Below the pieces are notes generated by a model, which was not told where the DNA came from, searched no databases, and saw only the letters and a list, made by a program, of their open reading frames with translations. Positions 12,627 through 22,469 of a stretch of DNA of 37,451 bases are shown in pieces. A program made the position numbers and the translations under genes. The stretch is from Octopus bimaculoides (taxonomy: Eukaryota): NCBI RefSeq assembly GCF_001194135.2, contig NC_068985.1:33825503-33862953 (forward strand). Direction: 5' to 3'. The first letter of the stretch is position 1. Each line of letters starts with the position of its first letter.

Positions 12627-15600
12627 CAGGCTCTCACCCAAGGTGTCATACAGTGGGACTGGGCCCAGAACCATGTAATTGAGAAGCAAGCTTTTTACCA
12701 CACAACCACATCTGTGGCTTTTTATCTATATTAGAAAATAAAATTATTAAATAAAAGTAGTTTATTAGGATAAACAGACCACATCCCAATTTCTAAGCAA
12801 TATCAGTAATATTTTTAAATACTTTCTTTAACACAAAATCTTACTTGTAAGTTTTATCATATTCTTTGCTGCAAGCTAATTTCTCTGCAGTAACAGTTTT
12901 CATTTTCTTAAATTCTTCATCAGCTTTTTCCTGTAACTCTTTCAAACTAGCAGTTGCCTTTGACTCATTGGTAGTGCAATCATTTCTTTTAAGAGAGAGA
13001 AAATAACAAATTAATATTAATACTAAGTAAAGAAAAGGACAAAAAAAAAAGAAGAAATGGATTTTAAGCAACCAGGAGAAAATATATATGATCGAATCTT
13101 TTTGAATGTAATGGAATAATGCAGTCTAAAGAAACATTGTGCCTTATAAATGAGTCAAATTCATTAGAGACCTTTACAAAATATGAAATTTTGAGAACTT
13201 AAAGTATAACATTACCTTTCTCTTTGACATGAGAAATTTTGAAATCAAATTTAATTTATATGATGGAAACTTCAAATATAACGTAAAGAGAAACTTACAG
13301 ATATATCTGGTAAAGTTTATTATTCAAGTGAGTAATACTGTTCTCTGTACTCAAGAACTCTTCAGCTTCATTCTTAGCTCCCTCCAGGTTATCTTTCTCT
13401 TTCTCCACAGCCTTCACTCTGTTCAACTAAAAAAGAAATACTGTTTGACTCAAGATGAAAGGGAATGTTGAGGAAGAGAAGAACAAATTGCAAGAAAGAG
13501 GAGGGTAAGAAAACTAGCAAACCAAAAAGTTAATCAAATCGAAAAAAATTGAAAGGGAGAGAGGTATAAGAGAGTAAGAATATGCAAGAGAAGTTCAAGA
13601 GAGGAAAAGGAAAAAGGTGAAAGGGAAAAAAAGCAGTGAAGAGACAAGTTTTAGAGAGAAAGGCAGGTGATGAGGAAAAGGAGAGAAAGAATTGCAAGGA
13701 GAAAAGGGTGCAACAAAGAAAAAGAGAATGAGAAAAGCATGTAGCAGGAAAAAGAGAGAGAAAGAGATAGAGGAATATAACTAAAAGAAAAAAAAAAGAA
13801 AACAAATAGAACTGCAAAACAGAAAATTATGTCCATATAAGAACTGTTGTAGTTGTCTCACTAGGAATATTTGTTTTTGTAATTCCTCAATCTGACACAA
13901 CCTAAACTCCATGTTATCAAAGTTAAGCTTTTTCTAAACATCAAACTACTTAAGATTTTTAATCTATTAATTTGAAGCTTCTGTTTTTGCACCTCTCCAG
14001 TACATTTCCTTTGCCCTCACTGCAGTTAACAATGATACTACAATGCAGATAGCATCTTCCTGCACTACGTGATTAACATAAACTAACATCTTAGTAACTA
14101 TCAGTGAGGGATTGCTGCTATCACTTCATTTCCTTACTAATCATATTTAAGCAACTCTCAATGACATCCTTGTCTTACAACTTGACAAATATATATTGGT
14201 TTCAAATTTTGGCACAAGCTCAGCAGTTTTGAGAGATGGGGCAAGTTGATTACATCAACCCCAGTACTCAGCTGGTATTAATTTTATCAATTCCTGAAAG
14301 GATAAAAGGCAAAGTCAACCTCAGTAGAATTGGAACTCAGAAATTAAAGACATAAAATGCCACTAAGCACTTTGTTGATGTACTGACGATTCTGTTAGCT
14401 TGCTACCTTAAAAGTACCAAATATTGACAACTAAAGTATTGAAATAGTAAAGAAGAAAACAAAAACCTTTTCTCCACGAAGTTCATTCAAAGTTTCTACA
14501 CGTTTTGACATTATTTCAATGGGTTCCTTGAATCGACTGCTTCCAATAATATCTTCCAAAAATTCAAGCATCCCTTCACTGTGTTCATTTTCAGCTTTGG
14601 GTTTCATCATGGCAATTTGCTCAACTTCTCCCTATATATATACAAAGAAAAACAAATGTAAGTTTTCATTTTTATTCCATCTAAAGAAAATCATTTCAGA
14701 ACAAAATATATATGTGATATGTATACATTTGTGCAAGTGCGTTTGCGTTTCATATTAATTTTAGTAAAAATTTACACAACTGTAAACTGGTCTTAGTCAA
14801 GCTGTATTCAAACCAAAGATATTTCCTAATTTCAGTTTGTTGTAATAGTACCTACACCAAACCTCACAAAAACAAGTAAGTACACTAACTTCTAAAACAT
14901 AACACAATATCAATAACTGAAATCAAATTCATAACAGTGAAAGCAAGACTAGTTCTTACATCAAGAAGTTCAGTGTCATATCCAAATTAGCTTTTAATTA
15001 CTTCACACAAAAAAAATTGTTTTTCCAAATAGACATGGCTGTGTGTGAGGTTAAGAAGTTCGCTTTGCAACCACAAGGTTTTGGGTTCAGTCCCACTGTG
15101 TGACACCTGAGGAAAGTGTCTTTTACTATAGCCTCAGGCCAACCAATGACTTGTGAGTGAATTTGGCATATGGAAATCGCATGGAAGCCCACTGAATGTG
15201 TATATGTCTGTGCTTGACAATTGGTGTTGGTTTGTTTACATCCACTAACTTAGTGGTCCAGTAAAACAGACCAAGAGAATAAGTTCCAAACTTAAAAAAT
15301 AAGTACTGCAGATGATTTGTTCAGCTAAAAACCCCTCGAGGTGGTCTTTCAGCATAATCACAATCCAATGACTGAAAAAAAAGGTACTGACATTCTACAG
15401 AAAGCCAAATTTATCCAAATCAGTGATTTTTGAACTGGTGAAATTGTCGAGATATTAATAAAAAAAAATATATGGAGATGTAGATGAGCAGAATATTCCA
15501 CAATGCAGTATGGAAATTAAATCGAATCTAAATTTTGAAGGAATTAAAGATTACTTGAAATAACACTGTTTGAAAAACTCACATTTCACACAAAAAGATA

Positions 15601-18600
15601 TAATGAAAATTATTAAAAAGTAGGAGGAATATAAGGGAACATGTTTCTGAAAATCTTACTTGTAAGATAAGAAACCGGTTATGGTCAAGATCAATGCCAC
15701 TACCACGCAACAGGGCTGCAATTTCTTTATATGTCTTTCGCTTACCATCAACCATATAGTGTGAACTGTTGTCTCTAAATGCCACTCTTGAGACAACAAA
15801 CTTGGAATCAGGGACTACTTCATAATCTTCATCACCAGGCTGCAAAAAAGCAAAAGACATTACATAATAAGAATTGGTCAAATGTTATTTTTCTTTTAAT
15901 TGAACTCTGATATAATTAACATAGCGTTTGTTCAACCCCAGGTCAGTCCTGAAAGAGTAGACTTATGATCTAAGCTATCATCCCAATTTTCAATCAGGCA
16001 TTGCATTTATATTCAAATTGTCTCTCCTTTTTCAAGATAGTACAGTGTAATTTGAAGAATGTTAGGCTAGTATTTTTAATAAATGATGTAACCATGTAAA
16101 GGCTCCTCTCATTGGCTCATTTAATATAACTGTTGACTGGTGTGGTACAAGACAAACCCTCAAGACTATTTAGCCCAATAATCACATTTATTAAACTTCA
16201 CTTGCCATAAAACTCACAAGTAATAAATGTCACTCAGGAGATCTATGAAAAAAAAGATATAATGAAAATTATTAAAAAGTAGGAGGAATTTAAGAGAACA
16301 TGTTTCTGAAAATCTTACTTGTAAGATAAGAAACCGATTATGGTCAAGATCAATGCCACTACCACACAACAGGGCTGCAATTTCTTTATATGTCTTTCGC
16401 TTACCATCAACCATATAGTGTGAACGGTTGTCTCTAAATAATAGGCTAGTATTTTTAGTAAGTGAAGTAACCATATAAAGGTTCCTCTCATTGGCTCATT
16501 TAATACAATTGTTGACTGGTGTGGCACAAGACAAATCGTCAAGACTATGAAATTTTTAACAGGAAAGGTCAAAGCCACAAAAGTAAAAATTCAATTTTTC
16601 ACAAAAATAAATCATCCTAAAAAGAGCATGTTATAATGGAAATATAATTATCGACATGTTCCCATAGAACCCCATGTATAGCATGCAGACTGCCTAACAA
16701 AAAAAAAAAAAAGAAAAGAAAAAGCTTCAGTTTACTCAAGATTACAGTCAAAGACACTTGCCCAAGGTGTTACATTGTGGAATTGAACAGAACACATGAT
16801 TGAGAAGCAAGCTTCTTAATCAAATAGTCATGCCTGCACCAATGTATATATTGAGATTTTGAATATATTTATTTTATCATCCAGATTCTTCTTTGTTACT
16901 CTTCTGTTCACTGGACCAACTGTTCTTTGGCATCACTGTAATATAAGGTTGTTGTCCCCATATTCTGTCAGTTTTACTATTCCTCTCTTTTTCCCACAAT
17001 GTTATCTAGTTTCTGTCCAAAGCATTTGAGACACACCATTTCAAAAAATCACCTTTCATATAAACACAGGTATGGCTGTATGGTTAAGAAGTTTGCTTTA
17101 CAACCATGTGTTCAACAGAGCACTTTGAATAAGAGTCTGACATAGTCCCAGGCCAACCATAGCTTTGTGAGAGAAATTAAAATAAAAATAAATATTTCCT
17201 CCTTGAGCCAGTCCAGGCTCATGAGGGCCAGTCTCCTGGTTTCAATGGCATATATATTCCCCATCTTGATGGGACACCAGACCGTCACAGGATTACTCCT
17301 TTTTGCCTGCTGAGTGGACTGGAGCAACGTGAAATGAAGTTTTTTGCTCAAGAACACAACGGATCGCCCAGTCCGGGAATCAAAACATTAGGGACCATAA
17401 ATAACACAAGTTAATTGTTGCCAACCTTAAAATAAAATAAAATTATATGAAAAATTATTACACTTACTCCTGTATCGATGATTTTCTGGAAATGAACACT
17501 AACAGTACAGCTTCCAACATTTGGGTACTGTTGACTATTGTGGATTAAAACACTGATTTTCTTTGAACGGATCTTGTTGGCACGGTAACCAAAGACAAAC
17601 AGCATTGAATCAATAACATTAGACTTGCCACTACCATTTGGACCAACAATGGAAGTAAAGCACTGATAAAAGAAGAAATAAGAAACTTACAGAAAAAAAA
17701 ATAATATGTTGTCTATAAAAATAACATGACAGCTTAACTTGAAAGCAGGCATGAGCAACCTTTTTTTAAGAAGCAGGTCACATGAGTCGCTATTCATCAG
17801 GCAGGCTGCACTACTAAAATATAAGTTAATTTTTTCATTAGATGTGCCATTCAGAAAATCCTGCAGGCTGCAGTTTGCCCATGACTGCTTTTAAGCAATG
17901 AACAACTTTCATTTAAAATTAGGCTCAGCATACAACTGTCAAGAATAAAACACATTTTGAAGGGATGAAAAATACATGTAAACACAAATCTCAGCATTAA
18001 AATGTTTAAGCACTAAGTTGCTTATCAATTACATGATCAACTTGTTCCATTTAGTTGAGGTTACAGGATAGCTCCAAATATATTATCACTGATCTAATAA
18101 ATATAGGTAATCAAATGATTCCTCTGCTGCAAACAAGCCAAGTACAATACTCGTTTTAAATCATATACAATATATAACAAATAATTATTTGTTGTATAAG
18201 GATTAGATAATAATGACTAGATTTCAGAGTTGTATGCAACCAAACAACTCATAAACCACTCAATTATGATCAAAATCTAATTCAATTATGTTAAATTTGC
18301 TTAAAATTTATAGACTGGTAATCTAAGGCTAGTTCCATGTACAAAATTTGAGAAAATCTTTACTTGAGTTATCAGAGTTATTGTAATAATTCTTTAAAGT
18401 CCTGCAGCTTATTTACCTAATCAAGGATTGTATTTTCACTAAAATCCAATGTATTCTCAGTCATTTTAATGTTTGATATCATACATCTCTAATAATTAGC
18501 TTGCATGAAGTAAAGATAATTACATAACAGTAACAATCTTCATCTGTAGAATACAATTGTATCTGAAATTGAATATGAATTACCTTGTGAAATGGTCCAA

Positions 18601-21144
18601 TAATTTGTGTGTTAGCATAAGACTTGAAGAAATAATTTTCTATATGACTGATTATGAGTCTTGGTCCATCTTGTGAATAGGTAGCTACACTCTCAATTAT
18701 TGGTGGAACTTCAACTGGGCCAAAATCTTAAGAAACAAATTTAAAATAGAATGTAAACCAATTTAAATGTATAAATTCACAAGTACAACAATTTAAAAAT
18801 AAACTACAAATTTCTCCTGCATAAAAACAAATTTCTGTACACGGAAAACATTCTATAACTAATTTAATTAGTAATGTAACCAATTTAATACATAAACTAA
18901 TAAGTTAATGATTTAAAATAAGGATTTTATTTTAAAGTAAATTTTCCAATCAATTATATTCTGGACTGTAACAAAAACGTCATTTAATAGTAGTATAAAA
19001 CTTAATAAAATTATCAGATCAGTTCAATTTTAACTCAGTTTGTTTTCAATATTCAGAATTTACCTAATACACAGTTTCATATCTAAACCAAAAATATTGA
19101 ACTTTTTCTTTTATTTGTTTCAGTCATGAAACTGCAGCCATGCTGGGGCACCACCTTGACCGATTTTTAGTTGAATGACTCAACCCCAGTACTTTTTATT
19201 AAAGCCTGGTACCTATTCTATTGGTCACTTATTCATAAAGATATTAATTTTATCACATGTATCAGTATACAATATAAGTAAATTTGTAGTTATTTACGTA
19301 GAAGAAAAGATTTACAATCATACAATAATACTTCTTTATAAAGTTACACCATTCTGCTTTCATATATTGGCCTTCCATGCCTCAGGAATTTAGCTTGGTT
19401 GAATTCATTTATTAAACTTTTGAACAAATTAAATATATTTAAATCAGAAGTTATATGTACAGATCTTTAGTTAGAAAAAATCTTTTTCCTAACTAAAACT
19501 CACACTATCATGCATAGTGTATTCCTGTTCAAAATTTAGACATAGATTAAAAGAAACTCAAATATTCAGTACAAATAGAACACCTTCCTTAAGAGAAACA
19601 ACAATACTTGTGACAAGATTTAATGGGTATTTCATTTAAAGATCCATGTCTTGCTACCATGTAGCATTGCAGTTTATCCACAATCATAAGTCTGCCCTCC
19701 ACTCTAAGAGTTAACAGTAGAATAGCTTTACAAGCTTTTTCTAACCTGTATTTACTGTCACTATGCTTTCAGAATATAACTTTCCCTCCACTGCTAATTA
19801 GGTCCCCCAAAGTAACAGAAGCCAGCAATTACTTCCAGGGAGCTGTCCAAGTATTTGAGAAGATCTATTTCATGTGTTTTTATTTTTATATGTGCTTTGT
19901 GCATCGCTTATATACAAAATCTATTTCTCTGTGCCTGTGATCTATCACTCTTTTGCCTCCATAGTTTACACTGGGCACAGTGGAATTTCTACCTTCACAT
20001 TTTTTGTGCACAGGGCCGCTCCCTGATGACAGCACTTTAGTTTTCACTAAATTTTGAGAACTTTCAAGTCTAGGTTTTGCTTGCACACCTAGAATTTCCT
20101 GTCTTAATTCTACAACAGATTCACAATAAAAACTAGGTCATCAGCACATAGAAGTTACATGGACAGCTTGTCTCAAACTTCTTTCTAATAGCCTAGAAGA
20201 TTATACTGAATGTTATATTTAATGTGTAAGTGAGGGGACCCTTACTTACACATTAAATTTCTTGCTCTCACCTTGCTGACTGCCCCTTTATACATTGCTT
20301 GCACATCCCACAAAAAACATTCAAGTTTCCTAAATAACCATTGCTTTCAGAGAATGGTACTCTGTCAAAGCCCTTCGCAAAGACAAGATATACTATGTAC
20401 AGCAGTATACTCCTAGCTAAGGACTACTTCTGCAGTTGTCTCACTTAAAAGAAAGCATCAGTAGCACCCTGCCTGGCACAAACCTGAACTACATCTCATT
20501 TAGACTAATTCTGTTTCTAAATCTAATCTTTCAGTAACTTTCATAACTTATTCCATCAACTTGATGTCACTCAGTTTCTTCTAAGTGGCATTTTACTAGA
20601 TATTTTTATATAGCCACATGAAGTAAAAAATTATATCATTTCTCAACAAGTATTTAAAATAGTCACTGGAACCAAAACCAATAGATCACCAGCTGATCAT
20701 ATTCAATTAAAACTGATATTCTTAATAATTCAAATAAAAAAACTGTAACCCAAAGTTTAAACCATCTGTTCTATTTCTTTTGAAATATTCCCATCTTTGT
20801 TTCAATTAATTTTGAAAATAATGAAGAATTTAGTAAAATAATTTGTCATTATTAAACTGTTTGGGGACATAAATTGGCATGAAATTTTGAGGGGAGGTTT
20901 TAATTCAGAACTCTTTAAAACAGGAAGTTTTTATCGTAGAATCAGGGATGGTCTCAGGTGGGTTGGTATCAGAAGGATTAATGAGAAACAAAAAGTTCAT
21001 ACCTTCTGGTCTGAAGATGTGTGTCACAGGAGTCATCAAAGGAACAGATTCAGCTCCATCTTGATTAACCATTTCATTCTCTTGATCAACTTCTTGCTCC
21101 TTTGAAGCAGAAGCAGCTGTAGGTTTTCTACGTTTTGATACCAT
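2312..21144 (-). CDS. SMC4: Structural maintenance of chromosomes protein 4 (condensin subunit), 5' part, 14 coding exons: join(21144-21003,18726-18584,17662-17468,15839-15660,14631-14467,13426-13299,12985-12845,11284-11134,7863-7720,7423-7346,6996-6875,5685-5577,3793-3662,2514-2312); continues left of the window
   Basis: Manual translation of the reverse strand gives one open frame across all junctions with matching phases. It contains SMC4-type motifs GPRL...FKSYA...GPFHK, Walker A GPNGSGKSNVIDSMLFVFG, GIDLDHNRFLILQGEVEQIAMMKPK, GMLEFLEDIIG and hinge LPGILGRLGDLGAID. Confidence 0.97.
2791..2900 (-). mobile_element. Old degenerate RTE-type 3' end fragment
   Basis: catcatc tail, ttccatgc..gcatgggtt and gatgaccttcc motifs shared with the young copies. 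Confidence 0.5.
3052..3156 (-). mobile_element. tRNA-derived SINE head fragment
   Basis: Reverse-complement similarity to the 5' part of the SINE at 15031-15382. Confidence 0.65.
3662..3793 (-). CDS. SMC4: SMC4 coding exon 13 (LRNARLKIEEMK...LPGILGRL)
   Basis: tgtttgaag| acceptor, TTG|gtaagc donor, 132 nt. Confidence 0.95.
3839..4234 (-). mobile_element. Older RTE-type 3' end with ~60-bp tandem modules
   Basis: (cat)n tail, ctacagctggatgcccttcctaa core, two ttgggcctca.agaggcaa modules; minus strand reads EAMTKDLWHYDMLEKKT, resembling an ORF2 C-terminus. Confidence 0.75.
4366..5057 (+). mobile_element. Decayed mariner (Tc1/mariner) transposon, 3' part
   Basis: Interrupted frames give IMVTIFWD, RRKRP, HHDNA*PH (4712-4735; R codon CGA to TGA) and EWHKCITCDGD; ends in a TIR-like gcattattttcagtacaactg|TA. 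Confidence 0.8.
5577..5685 (-). CDS. SMC4: SMC4 coding exon 12 (QIKDMEQKLP...NSSEQ)
   Basis: ttttttag| acceptor, CAG|gtaaaa donor, 109 nt, phase 2-0. Confidence 0.92.
6260..6430 (-). mobile_element. Old degenerate RTE-type 3' end fragment
   Basis: tttaacatcc..ttacatactggtatgggctg and ctacagttggatgctattcctagcaccaaccac resemble the tail consensus. Confidence 0.55.
6875..6996 (-). CDS. SMC4: SMC4 coding exon 11 (YNVAQSELDIYLS...LKDRQ)
   Basis: tttaatag| acceptor, AG|gttaat donor, 122 nt, phase 0-2. Confidence 0.93.
7346..7423 (-). CDS. SMC4: SMC4 coding exon 10 (DLQEEKDK...SESKSQ)
   Basis: aatttag| acceptor, CAG|gtagaa donor, 78 nt. Confidence 0.9.
7720..7863 (-). CDS. SMC4: SMC4 coding exon 9 (IGEFKSIPEE...KSLKTETK)
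   Basis: atttttag| acceptor, AAG|gtgaac donor, 144 nt. Confidence 0.93.
9044..9364 (+). mobile_element. Young RTE-type retroposon 3' end nested in the piggyBac
   Basis: Near-identical to 1-341; (GAT)n tail. Confidence 0.85.
9408..9573. other. Assembly gap (166 N)
   Basis: Run of N. Confidence 1.
11134..11284 (-). CDS. SMC4: SMC4 coding exon 8 (EYEALVKES...ITQELKK), probable GC donor
   Basis: tgtttag| acceptor. The next exon starts in phase 0, which fits AAA|gcaagt at 11133; an in-frame GT at 11121 is the alternative. Confidence 0.85.
12363..12553. mobile_element. pogo/Tigger-type MITE (TA-flanked)
   Basis: TIRs cagtagaaccttggttttcgaacaac and (rc) tagtagtacctcagttttcgaacaac; TA on both sides. 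Confidence 0.8.
12552..12624. repeat. Compound (TA)n(TG)n microsatellite
   Basis: Read directly. Confidence 0.98.
12845..12985 (-). CDS. SMC4: SMC4 coding exon 7 (NDCTTNESK...EYDKTY), coiled coil
   Basis: ctcttaaaag| acceptor, AA|gtaaga donor, 141 nt, phase 2-2. Confidence 0.9.
13299..13426 (-). CDS. SMC4: SMC4 coding exon 6 (LNRVKAVEKEK...KLYQIY)
   Basis: ttttttag| acceptor, CT|gtaagt donor, 128 nt, phase 0-2. Confidence 0.94.
13470..13820. repeat. GA-rich low-complexity polypurine tract
   Basis: About 350 bp almost entirely A/G on the + strand. Confidence 0.85.
14196..14410 (-). mobile_element. Second tRNA-derived SINE family, degenerate copy
   Basis: Core ttttatc..tcc.gaaaggat.aaaggcaaagtc.acc shared with 22470-22640; B-box-like gagttccaattc on the minus strand. 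Confidence 0.7.
14467..14631 (-). CDS. SMC4: SMC4 coding exon 5 (GEVEQIAMMKPK...LNELRGEK)
   Basis: tatatag| acceptor, AAG|gttttt donor, 165 nt. Confidence 0.96.
15031..15382 (+). mobile_element. Near full-length tRNA-derived SINE
   Basis: A-box-like tggctgtgtg..gg and B-box-like gggttcagtccc; several partial copies elsewhere in the window. Confidence 0.8.
15660..15839 (-). CDS. SMC4: SMC4 coding exon 4 (PGDEDYEVVPDS...GIDLDHNRFLILQ)
   Basis: ttttgcag| acceptor, CAA|gtaaga donor, 180 nt. Confidence 0.96.
16251..16548 (-). pseudogene. Partial tandem duplicate of SMC4 exon 4 plus flanking intron
   Basis: 16251-16439 matches 15592-15780 (5 differences in 189 bp); 16442-16548 matches 16063-16169 (10 differences in 107 bp). 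Confidence 0.93.
16752..16840 (-). mobile_element. tRNA-derived SINE head fragment
   Basis: gacacttgcccaaggtg...gaagcaagcttctta matches the family head. Confidence 0.65.
17065..17170 (+). mobile_element. tRNA-derived SINE head fragment
   Basis: tatggctgtatggttaagaagtttgcttt...caggccaacca matches the 15031 copy. Confidence 0.65.
17204..17387 (-). mobile_element. Third SINE-like family fragment
   Basis: B-box-like gttttgattccc on the minus strand; gctgagtggactggagcaacgtgaaatgaag core recalled as a mollusc SINE core. Confidence 0.5.
17468..17662 (-). CDS. SMC4: SMC4 coding exon 3 (CFTSIVGPNGSGKSNVID...KIIDTG; Walker A)
   Basis: tttatcag| acceptor, GGA|gtaagt donor, 195 nt, phase 0-0. Confidence 0.97.
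17746..17887. mobile_element. hAT (Charlie-like) MITE
   Basis: TIRs caggcatgagcaacct and agtttgcccatgactg; flanking 8-mers cttgaaag / cttttaag (6/8) fit a decayed 8-bp TSD. Confidence 0.7.
18584..18726 (-). CDS. SMC4: SMC4 coding exon 2 (DFGPVEVPP...GPRLIISHIENYFFKSYANTQIIGPFHK)
   Basis: ttcttaag| acceptor, AAG|gtaatt donor; N-terminal SMC head motif. Confidence 0.95.
19108..19230 (-). mobile_element. tRNA-derived SINE 3' fragment
   Basis: tttcagtcat..gcagccatgctggggcacc..ttattctattggtc matches the family tail. Confidence 0.65.
20217..20258. repeat. 42-bp near-perfect palindrome (20-bp arms, 1 mismatch, 2-nt loop)
   Basis: atttaatgtgtaagtgaggg-ga-cccttacttacacattaaat. Confidence 0.95.
21003..21144 (-). 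CDS. SMC4: SMC4 coding exon 1 (MVSKRRKPT...FRPE; ends phase 1)
   Basis: Pyrimidine tract plus cag|A ATG acceptor at 21146-21147; donor AG|gtatg at 21002; phase fits the next exon. Confidence 0.85.
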
Positions 21145-21215
21145 TCTGAATCACAAATAAAAGAAAAGAAAATCTTCAAACAATCAAACATAACAAAAGT
21201 GTTATTGCTCACAAC

Positions 21216-22469
21216 AATGTCGTCTCTTCAAAACTCATCTGTTCCAATCCAATGACAGAGTCTATGTGTCTGTTCAACTTCCATCTTGTTGTCAGTATGG
21301 AAGAAACTAATGAATCGATGAAACTCATTCTGAAAGGAGTTAATTACTCAGTTCATAAGTAGAATATTTGTGGTGATTTAAAGGTGATTTCGCTCCTCCT
21401 AGGACTGCACCTGGGATATACCAAAAATATGTGCTTCGTGTGTGTTTGGAACAACCGCGGCGACAGCAATCATTACACTGTAAAAGACTGGCCTAAAAGA
21501 GATGAGCGGTACAATGAGCATACAATGGTATACCCCTTCACATCAAACTCGGCCTCATGAAAATCTTTGTAAAAGCAATGACACATGATGGTTGTGGCTT
21601 CCAGTAACTAAAAGTAAAATTTGGTGCAAAGAAACGTGACACAAAACTAAAAGCAGGCATTTTCATAGGACCCCAGATCAGAGAATTGATATCTGATCGC
21701 AAATTCATAAGTAAACTGAATCCAGTTGAGCTGACGGCATCGGAATCATTCATATTAGTTGTACAGAACTTTCTTGGAAATAATAGGGCTGAAAACTATG
21801 CTAATTTAATAAACAACATGCTAACAGCGTATGAAAGAATGGGATGCCGAATGTCCCTTAAAATGCACTTCTTGCATTCTAATCTCGATTTTTTTTTCCA
21901 ACGAATCTTGGTGCCCTTAGTGATGAGCATGGCAAGAGGTTCAGCCAGTACATATCTGAGATGGAAACGAAGTATTAAGGCCGGTTCAATCCACACATGG
22001 GTGACTACTGCTGGTTCCGACAACGCGAGACCAGCACGACGCATAAGCAAGTGTCTCAAACATTTCTGAGCTGAGCATATCAAAAATAAAGTATTCCCTT
22101 AACATAAATATACTAAGTACCATTATATTATAATACTATTTGCCTTGAACATAAAGGTGAAGGTAAAGAATACGCACACCCGGTGGTTAGGGTTTTTGTT
22201 ACGCCGAAAACTGGTGGTGTACGTATTCTTTACCTCCGCCGAACATAAAGTTACTATACACAGTACTAATATACTATTATAATAATTATTTGCTTTGAAC
22301 TTAACTATTCCTGATTCTAATATAGTATTAATATATAATTATGCGCATAACTCGAAATCCTGATGTGCTGCAGCAGTTCTGAGATCAGATTCGGAATCAG
22401 CGTACTCGATTTAGTTTGGCACAGCACCATTTGACTGAGTAACAGACAAATATCTTTTTGTTGCCCAGT
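21216..22469 (+). mobile_element. Decayed DNA transposon, Chapaev3 (CMC)-like, in the SMC4 5'UTR intron
   Basis: Frames give ICGDLKVISLLLG..GYTK.MCFVCVW..R..HY..KDWP, PLHIKLGLMK.FVKAM, GIFIGPQIREL and FLGNNRAENY...GCRMSLKMHFLHS; right end tttttgttgcccagt. The superfamily assignment is from memory of these motifs. Confidence 0.7.
22156..22240. mobile_element. 85-bp MITE with 25-bp TIRs and a 9-bp TSD (Mutator- or Merlin-like)
   Basis: TIRs ggtgaaggtaaagaatacgcacacc and (rc) ggcggaggtaaagaatacgtacacc; gaacataaa at 22147-22155 and 22241-22249. Confidence 0.85.

Larger units (their letters stand above)
12140..12718 (-). mobile_element. tRNA-derived SINE, split by a nested MITE and a microsatellite
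   Basis: Head at 12625-12718 and body/tail at 12140-12355 match the reverse complement of 15031-15382. Confidence 0.75.

Noticed and set aside
15031-15110. tRNA gene
   Set aside because: A/B-box-like motifs continue into a SINE body present in many partial copies; no cloverleaf is evident.
2515-21002. Intronic miRNA or snoRNA (vertebrate SMC4 hosts miR-15b/16-2)
   Set aside because: No 60-80-nt pre-miRNA hairpin or paired C/D boxes seen by eye; the 20217 palindrome is too short. An Infernal/Rfam scan was not possible.
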